A stretch of DNA of 64,000 nt. Source: Chrysomallon squamiferum. Lineage: Eukaryota > Animalia > Mollusca. Made by a program: the position numbers and the translations under genes. The stretch covers positions 10,478,001 through 10,542,000 of the forward strand of contig CM022679.1 of the NCBI GenBank assembly GCA_012295275.1. Reading direction: 5' to 3'. The first letter of the stretch is position 1, and each line of letters begins with the position of its first letter. Below the pieces are notes generated by a model. That model was given only the letters and a program-made list of their open reading frames with translations. It had not been told where the DNA came from and ran no database searches. Below are positions 29,060-40,688 of the stretch, in pieces.

Positions 29060-30864
29060 TTTATCAAAACTAATATATACAAATATTAATTTGAAGTGGA
29101 CCTACACAAATATTCTAAATAGTTACGCTTTCTTTGACAGAGACAGTCTATTTCACTTTTTGCCAATAAAGAAAAACTGAGTATATATTATAGAGAAATA
29201 AAAAAATAGGAACCACTTACATCCAGAAATAAATTTCACCTGAATTTTTATTTATTTATTATTATTATTTTTAATCTTAGTCAAAACTAATGTATACAAA
29301 TATTAATTTGACGTGGACCTACACAACTATTCTAAATAGTTACGCTTTCTTTAACTGACACAGTCCATTTCTCTTTTTGCCAATAAATAAAAACTGAGTA
29401 TAAATTATAGAGGAATAGAAAAATAGCAATACCGACACTGAAATAAATTCGTCCACGAATCCTTTGTCTCTTTCTTCTTCTTTTCGATTTATTAGTCAGT
29501 CGTAAAAAACAAATATAGATGTTTTAGCGATTCCAGCGTCTGACGTAACGCCACATTAATACTTAAAAGAGTTGCGCTTTCTTATCTTGATACAGTCTAT
29601 TCCATTTTATAAGTAATTAACTATAGCTAATTATAAAACCTTTTTAGAAAGAAAGAAAGAAAAATGATGATAATTAGTAATTTATTTCTGGATCTAAGTG
29701 CTTTTCCTTTTTAATCCAACTGTTATTTCTTAAGTTTTGTATAAACTGGCATAGACTGCAAAGTTAAGAAATCAGAACTGTTGAATATTTGTGATTCATT
29801 ACGTTACACCTTCAGTACCTTAACGAAATTATCAAAATAAACTTTAACATAATGGCTGTGTTTGTGTGTGCAATATGTATTTGTTATTCTTTTTATAATA
29901 TCACTATATGCAGAAAATGTATGTACATTTCGTATTCTTCATTCTTTACTCATCACAAAACAATGCTAAGAGATAATTTCTGAAAGCAACCTAACGGCAT
30001 ATTAAACACAGAATGAGAGCTTCGTGATTAAATTCCTAAGTCAAAAATATTACTTCGTAGGTCTGCATGCGCAGATACAAGATTATTAGAGCATGCTCTT
30101 CATATTCCTGTTCAGAGTTTGATGTTTGTTTTATTGAAATGCCAGATTATCAAAAAGAGTAGAGCGAACAGTTAAGACTATGGGAGGTTGGACGGTTGTG
30201 TTGGAATTTTAAGATCCAGTGATTTTGTTAAACTGTTCATACCGAATAATGATGATGATGATGATGCTGATAATGACGAAAACAATAACAACAACACCAA
30301 CTACAATACCAGTAATAAATAAATAAATAAATAATGATAATTTGTTTTATTGGTGCATAAAAATGTTCAGATGTTAAGCAGACGCATTTTAATAACTGAA
30401 AGCGCTGCATTAATTATTGTATAAAAATTATTTCAATTGTCTCTCTTTTTCTCATTAGAATTCATGACCTGCATAACAAATTAAATAACTTGTTTTACAA
30501 GACCTCGGTCTTCTTTGAAATTTTGCAGTGACCGTAAAAAAATAACAAAAATTATTTCGTGTGCTAAATCCTAAACAAAACCCTATTTATTTATTATTGA
30601 TTAAATTCTGTTTTTGTTTCTCATTTAATTTTTATTAATTTATCGATTTATTTAATAATTTACTATAATTATTTTTCAATGATTTTAAAATTTATTTTTC
30701 TTAAATTTTTATTTAGTTATTTTATATTATTCATTTACTATTGATTTCAATGGGTTTGTTTTTTGTTTTCTCTTTTAAAATAATAATTGTAGTTAATTTA
30801 TATATATATATATATATTTTTTTTTTCTTTTTTAATTTATTATTACTATTATTACTATTATTAC

Positions 30865-30897
<33 letters not shown>

Positions 30898-31023
30898 TTG
30901 GGATTTCATTATTTATTTTATTTTATTTTATTTTATTTTTTATTATTCATTTGTTCATTCATTTGGTTTTCGTTGTTTGGAGGGGCTCACTTTATTATTT
31001 TATTTTATTTTATTTTATTTTAT

Positions 31024-31313
31024 GATCTGTACCTTTGGTGAACAGTCCCCCAGAACTCATTTTTCAAGTAATAAGTTCCGTATTATCCACTCTTCAGGTG
31101 GGGGTGTCATCACTCACCAAGTGACTCACTGTCGCTGCATTAAAGGTACAGATCAAGGAGTGTTGGGAGAACGATGAGGAATAATATAAGGCTGTCTGTC
31201 CTGCCAAATTTGAGTGTCCCGTTCAAATACTGAAACACCTCCACATTCCAAAACAAATTAAAAAATTTGGCGTATGGAGGGTATAGAGGACCCCATCCCG
31301 GCTTCTCGAAATT
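31024..31313 (-). ncRNA. Putative structured ncRNA, copy 4
   Basis: TATAAAAG at 31342, same 290-nt length. Confidence 0.45.
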
Positions 31314-34300
31314 GACGTCTCCGTTTTGACACGCCTTTTATACTCGGCGAACGCGGACGTCAAGGAGAGCACTGGCATTAAAACCATGGTGTCGAAAACC
31401 AACATGGAGTTGTGTTTTTGTCTTCGAAACTTTATTGTTTTAAACTGTATTTCCGTAACATTACTCTGTGACACATCTATATGTATATTTTTTAAATGAT
31501 TCTGTTTTCAGTATTTATATTTTTATCCACAACATATCAACATTTTATTAACAATAATTAAAACAAACAGACCAGAATGAACTAAAATCCATTGTGGTAT
31601 GAGTTTTTAAAATAAAATTAAAAATCAGCAGTTATTTTTACCATTGTTTTGTGACGCTGTATTAATCAGTAAAGAATGCTGAATACGAAATGTACACACC
31701 GTTTTTCCATATACGATTTTATAAACAGAAAAACAAATAAACAAAGTGCACACAAGCACAGCCATTATATTAAAGTGTAATTTGACAGTTGCGTTAAGCA
31801 AGTATACATGTGACGTAATGATACACACATATTTAAAATAGTTACGCTTTCTCCACCTTACACAGTATTTGAATTTCTACAAAATTTAATAATTAGTAGC
31901 TGGTGAAAGTAGAGGAAACACATCCAGAAATAAATTTCAACTTAATTATCTTTTTTTTTTTCTTCTTTTTTTTTTTAAATCTTTATCAAAACTAATATAT
32001 ACAAATATTAATTTGAAGTGGACCTACACAAATATTCTAAATAGTTACGCTTTCTTTGACAGAGACAGTCTATTTCACTTTTTGCCAATAAAGAAAAACT
32101 GAGTATATATTATAGAGAAATAAAAAAATATGAACCAGTTACATCCAGAAATAAATTTCACCTGAATTTTTATTTATTTATTATTATTTTTTTTAATCTT
32201 AGTCAAAACTAATATATACAAATATTAATTTGACGTGGACCTACACAACTATTCTAAATAGTTACGCTTTCTTTAACTGACACAGTCCATTTCTCTTTTT
32301 GCCAATAAATAAAAACTGAGTATAAATTATAGAGGAATAGAAAAATAGCAATACCGACACTGAAATAAATTCGTCCACGAATCCTTTGTATCTTTCTTCT
32401 TCTTTTCGATTTATTAGTCAATTGTAAAAAACAAATATAGATGTTTTAGCGATTCCAGCGTCTGACGTAACGCCACATTAATACTTAAAAGAGTTACGCT
32501 TTCTTATCTTGATACAGTCTATTCCATTTTATAACTAATTATAAAACCTTTTTTTCTTCTTTTTTTTTTAACTGAATAATATTATTATTATCGACTGAAA
32601 ATTAAAGTATTAAATAAATAAATAACTGGATAAATAAATAAATAAAAAGGAAGCAGAAGAAAAGGTGGATGTAAATGACGGTCTTATTTTAATTATCATA
32701 ATTAATTAATTAATTAATTTATTTATAGAGTGTGTCAGGTTAGGAAAGCCTAATTCCGGCCGGTATTTTCGTGGCGTTACGTCATTAAGATTTGTGTGTC
32801 TATAGTTTGTTAACGACTGTCAAATAAATAATAAAAAGAAGAAGAAAGAGAGAAAAGAAATTCGTGGACTAATTTATTTCTCGATCTAACAGGTTAGGTA
32901 TTATTATCTACTTTTTTAGTTTTCCTTTTATACTTTTTTCACTTTTTTTTTTTTTTTTTTTTATTATTATTCGTAGACAGTGGAAGCGTAACTATTTAGA
33001 ATATCTGTGTAAGTCCACGTAAGACAGATCTTAGCTTTTATTTACTAAATTAATATTTGTATAAATTAATTTTAAAAAAAGGAAGAAAAATGATGATAAT
33101 TAGTAATTTATTTCTGGATCTAAGTGCTTTTCCTTTTTTCATCTACCTTTATTTCTTAAATTTTGTATAAACTGGCATAGACTGCAAAGTTAAGAAATCA
33201 GAACTGTTGAATATTTGTGATTCATTACGTTACACCTTAAGTACCTTAACGAAATTGTCAAAATAAACTTTAACACAATGGCTGTGTTTGTGTCTGCAAT
33301 ATGTATTTGTTATTCTTTTTATGATATCAATCTATGCAGAAAATGTATGTACATTTCGTATTCTTCATTCTTTACTCATTAATATAGCATCACAAAACAA
33401 TGCTAAGAGATAATTTCTGAAAGCAACCTAACGGCATATTAAACACATAATGAGAGCATCGTGATTAAATTCCTAAGTCAAAAATATTACTCCATAGGTC
33501 TGCATGCGCAGATACAAGATTATTAGAACATGATCTTCATATTCCTGTTCAGAGTTTGATGTTTGTTTTATTGAAATGCGAGATTATCAAAAAGAATAGC
33601 GGGAACAGTTAACACTATGGGAGGTTGGACGGTTGTATTGGAATTTTAAGATCCAATGATTTTGTTAAACTGTTCATACCGAATAATGATGATGATGATG
33701 CTAATGATGACAACAATAACAACAACACCAGTAATAAATAAATAAATAAATAATGATAATTTATTTTATTGATGCATACAAAAATTTAAAAAATCATTAA
33801 ATATTACTGACGGTGCATGTTCAAGAAATTTATAATAAATTAATAACTGATTTTAACATTTTTTAATCATAACTATTATTAATTTTTGAATTTTTAAAAT
33901 GTTCAGATGTTAAGTAGACACATTTTAATAACTGAATGGGCTGCATTAATTATTAGATAAAAAATTATTAAATTGTCTCTCTAAATCTCATTAAAATTCA
34001 TTACCTGCAAAACAAATTAAATAAGTTGTTTTACAAGGCCTCGGTCTTCTTTGAAATTTTGCAGTAAGCATAAAAAATAAATAAATAAACAAATAAATAA
34101 ATAAATAAAAAACGAAAAAAAAAAAAATTTAAAAAGTTTCCTGCGCTAAATGTTAAAAAAACCACTATTTTTTTAATTCTTTAATTTTTTATTTAATTTT
34201 TATAAATTTATCAGTTTATTTAATTTTTACTATAATTATTTTTCAATGATTTTAATTTATTTTTCTTAAATTTTTATTTAGTTATTAATTAATTAATTAA

Positions 34301-34479
34301 TTACAATATAATCACAATATTAATTTTAATTAATTAATTAATTAATTAAAATTAATATTATGATTATCTTGAATTTGAGTTATTTTATATTATTCATTTA
34401 CTATTGATTTCAATGGGTTTGTTTTTTGTTTTCTCTTTTAAAATAATAATTGTAATTAATATATATATATATATATATA

Positions 34480-34534
<55 letters not shown>

Positions 34535-34665
34535 TTGGGATTTCATTATTTATCTTATTTTATTTTCTTTTATTTTTTATTATTCATTTGTTCATTCATT
34601 TGGTTTTTGTTGTTTGGAGGGGCTCATTTTATTATTTTATTTTATTTCATTTTATTTTATTTTAT

Positions 34666-34955
34666 GTTCTGTACCTTTGGTGAACAGTCCCCCAGAACTC
34701 ATTTTTCAAGTAATAAGTTCCGTATTATCCACTCTTCAGGTGGGGGTGTCATCACTCACCAGGTGACTCACTGTCGCTGCATTAAAGGTACAGATCAAGG
34801 AGTGTTGGGAGAACGGTGAGAAATAATATAAGGCTGTCTGTCCTGCCAAATTTGAGTGTCCCGTTCAAATACTGAAACACCTCCACATTCCAAAACAAAT
34901 TAAAAATTTTGGCGTATGGAGGGTATAGATGACCCCATTCCGGCTTCTCGAAATT
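34666..34955 (-). ncRNA. Putative structured ncRNA, copy 5 (head-to-head with copy 6)
   Basis: TATAAAAG at 34984, same 290-nt length. Confidence 0.45.
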
Positions 34956-36269
34956 GACGTCTCCGTTTTGACACGCCTTTTATACTCGGCGAACGCGGAC
35001 GTCAAGGAGAGCACTGGCATTAAAACCATGGTGTCGAAAACCAACATGGAGTTGTGTTTTTGTCTTCGAAACTTTATTGTTTTAAAATGTATTTCCGTAA
35101 CATTACTCTGTGACAGATATAGGTGTACATTTTTTTAAATGGTTCTGTTTTCAGTATTTATACTTTTATCCACACCATATCAACATTTTATTAACAATAA
35201 TTAAAATAAAAAGACCAGAATGAACTAAAATCCATTGTGGTATGAGTTTTTAAAATAAAATTAAAAATCAACAGTTATTTGTGACGCTGTATTAATCAGT
35301 AAAGAATGCTGAATACGAAATGTACATAGTTTTTTTCCATATACGATTTTATAAACAGAAAAACAAATAAACAAAGTGCACACAAGCACAGCCATTATAT
35401 TAAAGTGTAATTTGACAGTTGCGTTAAGGTAGTAGACATGTGACGTAATGATACACATATATTAAAAATAGTTACGCGATCTCCACCTTACACAGTATTT
35501 CAGTTTCCACAAAATTTAATAATTAGTAGCTGGTGAAAATAGAGGAAACACATCCAGAAATAAATTTCACATTTATTATCAATCTATTATTATTTTTTTT
35601 TTTTTCAAATCTTTATCAAAACTTATGTATACAAATAATAATTTCATGTGCACCTACACAAATATTCTAAGTAGTTACGCTTTCTTTAACTGAGACAGTC
35701 TATTTCTATTTTTTCCAATAAATAAAAACTGAGTATAAATTATAGAAAAATAAAAAATACGAAGCACTTACATCCATAAATAAATTTAACCTTAATTTGT
35801 ATTTATTTACTATTTAAAAAAAAAGAAAATCTTTATCAAAACTAATATATACAAATATTAATTTGACGTGGACCTACACAACTATTCTAAATAGTTACGC
35901 TTTCTTTAACTGACACAGTCTATTTCTCTTTTTGACAATAAATAAAAACTGAGTATAAATTATAGAGGAATAGAAAAATAGCAATACAGACACTGAAATA
36001 AATTCGTCCACGAATCCTTTGTCTCTTTCTTCTTCTTTTCGATTGATTAGTCAGTTGTAAAAAAACAGACACAAATATTTAGGGATTCCAGCGTCTGACG
36101 TAACGCCACATTAATACCTAAAAGAGTTACGCTTTCTTTTCTTGGTACAGTCTATTCCATTTTATAACTAATTAATTATAGCTAATTATAAAATCTTTTT
36201 TTTTTTTTGACTGATTAATATTTTTATTATCGACAGAAAATGAAAGTATTACATAAATAAATAACTGGA

Positions 36270-36300
<31 letters not shown>

Positions 36301-37359
36301 AAAGGAAGCAGAACAAAACGTTGATGTATATGTTTCAGTCTTATTTTAATTATCACAATTAATTAATTAATTAATTTATTTATAGACTGTGTCAGGTTAG
36401 GAAAGACTAATTCTGCTCGGTATTCATGTGGCCTTACGTCATTAGTATTTGTATGTCTATAGTTTGTTAACGACTGTCAAATAAATAATAAAAAGAAGAA
36501 GAAAGAGACCAAACAGGATCTAGCAGCTTAGGTATTATCATTTACTTCTCTCGTTTCCTTTAAAAATTTTGTTCACTGTTTTTATTTATTGGTAGAGAGT
36601 GGAAACGTAACTATTTAGAATATCTGTGTAAATCCACGTCAGACACAGATCTTAATTTTATTTACTAAATTAATATTTGTATAAATTAATATTTTTTTTT
36701 TTAAAAAGAAGGAAAATGATGGTAATTAGTAATTTATTTCTGGATCTAAGTCCTTTTCCTTTTATCACCAACTGTTATTTCTTAAATTTTGTATAAACTG
36801 GCATAGACTGTGTATTGTTAAGAAAACATAACTGTTGAATATTTGTGTTTCATTACGTCACATCTTCAGTACCTTAACGCAACTGTCAACATAAACTTTA
36901 AGATAATAACTGTGCTTGTATGTGCAATATATATTTGTTTTTCTTTTTATAATATCAATCTATGCAGGAAATTCATGTACATTTCGTATTCAGCATTGTT
37001 TACTAATTAATATAGTATCAGAAAACAATGCTAAAAGAAAATTACTGATTTTAAATTTTATTTTAAAAATGGATACCACAATGGATTTTAGTTCATTCTG
37101 GTCCTTTTTTCTTGATTATTGTTAACAAAATGTTGACATCGTGTGGATAAAAATATAAATACTGAAGACAGAATCCTTTAAAAAATATACACATATATCT
37201 ATCACACAGTAATGTAACGCAAAGACGTTTTAAAACAGTAAAGTTTCGCGGGCAAAAACACAACTCCATGTTGGTTTTCGACACCATGGTTTTAATGCCA
37301 GTGCTCTCCTTGACGTCCGCGTTCGCCGAGTATATAAGGCGTGTCAAAGCGGAGGCGTC

Positions 37360-37649
37360 AATTTCGAGAAGCCGGGATGGGGTCCTCTATACCCTCCATA
37401 CGCCAAAATCTTCAATTTGTTTTGGAATGTGGAGGTGTTTCAGTATTTGAACGGGACATTCAAATTTGGCAGGACAGACAGCCTTATATTATTCCTCATC
37501 GTTCTCCCAACACTCCTTGATCTGTACCTTTAATGCAGCGACAGTGAGTCACCTGGTGAGTGATGACACCCCCACCCGAAAAGTGGATAATACGGAACTT
37601 ATTACTTGACAAATGAGTTCTGGGGGACTGTTCACCAAAGGTACAGAAC
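37360..37649 (+). ncRNA. Putative structured ncRNA, copy 6 (inverted)
   Basis: TATATAAG at 37331, Inr TCAATTT with A at 37360, same 290-nt length, AATAAA-rich downstream. Confidence 0.45.
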
Positions 37650-40628
37650 ATAAAATAATAAAACGAGTCCCTCCAAACAATGAAATCTAAATGAATGAAC
37701 AAATTAATAATAAATAATAAAATAAAATAAAGAATTAAATAAATAAAATAAAATAAAATAATAAATATTTAAAATGAAATAAAATAATAATAAAAAAGAA
37801 ACAATGAAATAAAAAAAATAAAAATAAACAGATAAAATGAAATGAAATAAAATAATAATAAAAAAGAAACAATGAAATAAAAAATTAAAATAAATAAACA
37901 GATAAATAAAATAAACCTTGAAGTTAATAATACATACATAAAAAGTAGATGGGAATAGATACATAATAATTATATTTTAAAAGAAAGTAAAGCAATAAAT
38001 TAATAATAAATAATAATTAGATATAACTAGATAAATAATAATGAAACATAAATTAATAAAAATTAAAGAAATGTTGAAATAAATGATAATGACAAATAAA
38101 TAAAGAATCAAATAAATACTAATATGACAAAAAAGCATAATATCTCTGTGATTTTGTTTTCTCTGATATAGTTTTAAATTTTTATTATTGTTATTATTAT
38201 TATTTTTTTAACCTTCATTCAGATGCAGTAATTGTAATTTATTTAATTAATAAGACATATTTAGGAAATTTTAAAGATTTATTAATAGATATTAATTTTT
38301 AGTATATGCAATTATAAACTGACAATTAAACCTTGGTGTGACTATATAAGTAAATGTATCTATAACATAAAAAAATATTCCTATTCTTTTCATTAAATAT
38401 ATACACACAAAGTAAAAACACTGCAAAATAAATAAAGAATTTTTTTTTTTTAAAAAAAAAACAAAAAAAAAAAAAAAAAAAAAAAAAAAACAAAAAAAAA
38501 GAAAAAACATAATCTCCCACCTAGTTTAAACTATATTGATTAATAAAAAAAAAAATTAATTATTTGAGTGGTTGTCCTTTTGTGGTATATGCAAGTAATT
38601 GTAAACTAAGTAACACATCTTCTCTGCAGTACATTCCATTACAATTTAATTATAATGTATCATGATTAATAATGATGATGATGACAATAATGGTAAATAC
38701 TGATGGAAGAAGAATGTGCACAATAGTGCCAGAAACATCAAAAGAATAAAAACAGAACAACAAATATGAGTTACATCATGGATTTAATATTGCAGAATAT
38801 AAGAAAAGAAATGTTCATCTTGAATATTGTGGCTTTTGGAAATAATTTACAAAAACGGAAAGCACCAATGAGTGTTCATATAAAACAGGCAGGTGATTGG
38901 CAAGATGACATCAAGAGGCCATTATTTTATTTTGCTTCATTTTGTATATTTTTTGTAGCTAATATTATTTACATATATATTATTTCCTCTGCTTTATTAT
39001 TTGATTGCATTAAATATGCACCCTGCAGAACATGTTTAAATCTATTTTTCTATGATATATAAACAATTATATTGCTCAAGCAAAAATTGCATTTTAAATA
39101 TGTTTTAATTCTATAATTATAGGAAACACACAGTGATTCTTAAGACGGTATATATAACATAATTAATTAGAAAAAAAATTACATATTTATATATTTTTTA
39201 TTTTTAATATATATTTTTTTAAATATTTAAAAAACATTATCTTGGAAGACAAAAAAAATTCTTAGGAATAATAATAGATACTTGTAATTTAAGAAAATAT
39301 ATGCAACATAATTTTATATAGTGCTTAATGTCAACTTTGGTTTGGCCAGTATAATTATCTAGTTTTCGGGGCTTTCTTACTGAATGACAGTCATATACTA
39401 ATCTTGTATTTTCTACACTGTACTATTATGATTAAGAAAGAATATATAATACTTTTAAATGGTTTTGGTTTCATGACATAATGAACATTAGTTTTAGTGT
39501 ATGTATTTTATATTATTGAATAACCCTATCTGCTATTTTGAGACAGTCATAAACTACATTTGTGAAAGGTAATTTGCAATAGGTTTAATCACAACCATAT
39601 TATTGTATTGTGTGCAATTTGCATCCAAACACACCTCCTTCAAAGAGAGAGAAAAAAAAAAATTATAAATAATAAATCAACATAATACAGTTAATTTAAG
39701 CTTTTAATTTAATTGATATAAAAAAATAATAATAATAATTAAAAAAAAATTTCAGACACCTGCTACATAAGCTGTTAACATTTTTTAAAAATTAAATGTT
39801 TCAATAAATAATAATAATAAAAAAATAATAGTATATAGTAATAAATATGAAGTTTGTATGGGATAATATAAAGTTTCTTTTTACATACACTGTACTTTTG
39901 TACTTAGCTTATCACTGTTCAGATGCCATTAACAGAAAATTAAATCAATATATTAATATTTACACTTTTAATGAATTTGTCATTTAAAAATTTCCAACAT
40001 ATATATATATATATATAAAAAAAAAAAGAAAAAATAATTAAACCCACTTCTCCAAATAATTTTTTGTCTGCACTATATTTAATGTAAAGCATAGTCATTT
40101 ATTAAAATAAAACAATTATATTAACTCTTACAGAAATATCCCAAAATATCCATAATATCATTATATCTAATGACCACAATAGCATTAGTATCTAATTAGG
40201 TCCCAAAATGAATTATATCATAAAGATATTAACAGATTCAGATGTATACCACAATTTATTTATAAACCCTTTGTACATAAAAACAGCAGTTCTTTGGGTG
40301 TATTTACATAATCTTGGCAATAAAATACACAAAAAAAAAAAAAAAAATAAAAATATATATATATATAATTAAAGTGCACACATACAGATAAATTATTGCT
40401 GCGATATACAAGAGAAGCATATTCATAATAATGAGATTTAAAATCATTGTAATAAAGACTAACTCTAACATTATAGTTTGATTTCAAATATAAAATACAT
40501 TAATATAAGCCTGGATCCTTTAGTCTAAACTTTGTAGCAAATCTTAAGTTTTTTCAGTTAATAAATAAACAAACAAACAAACAAACAAACATATAAATAA
40601 ATAAATAAATAAATACAAAAATATATAA

Positions 40629-40688
<60 letters not shown>

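Larger units (their letters stand above)
20150..37700. repeat. Tandem array of five 2.9-3.6-kb units (boundaries ~20150, 23620, 26990, 29985, 33423) ending in an inverted sixth copy of the core
   Basis: Recurring anchors such as ACGGCATATTAAAC, GTCTGCATGCGCAGA and CAGTCCCCCAGAACTC. Core +1 positions at 21515, 24949, 28388, 31313 and 34955 give spacings of 3434, 3439, 2925 and 3642. The reverse-complement core is at ~37250-37650. Confidence 0.95.

Noticed and set aside
37280-37298. snRNA PSE-like ACACCATGGTTTTAATG
   Set aside because: Weak match and about 15 bp too far upstream of the TATA box for a type 3 Pol III promoter. Internal T-runs would also terminate Pol III.
37384-37396. Telomerase-template-like CCTCTATACCCTC
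   Set aside because: It is not CTAACCCTAA, it varies between copies, and I see no convincing pseudoknot or H/ACA end.
37268-37450. 60-aa ORF MLVFDTMV...CFSI repeated in the cores
   Set aside because: It starts upstream of the TATA box and Inr, has a TAA in copy 1, and shows no recognisable domain.
37377-37520. 47-aa first-ATG micro-ORF MGSSIPSIRQ...PNTP after the predicted TSS
   Set aside because: Premature TAA at codon 13 in copies 3, 4 and 5. A micropeptide from copies 1, 2 and 6 cannot be excluded without Ribo-seq.
37555-37636. C/D-box snoRNA (GTGATGA with GGTGA/TCACC terminal stem)
   Set aside because: The terminal box D reads CTGT, not CTGA, in all six copies, and I recognise no rRNA guide sequence.
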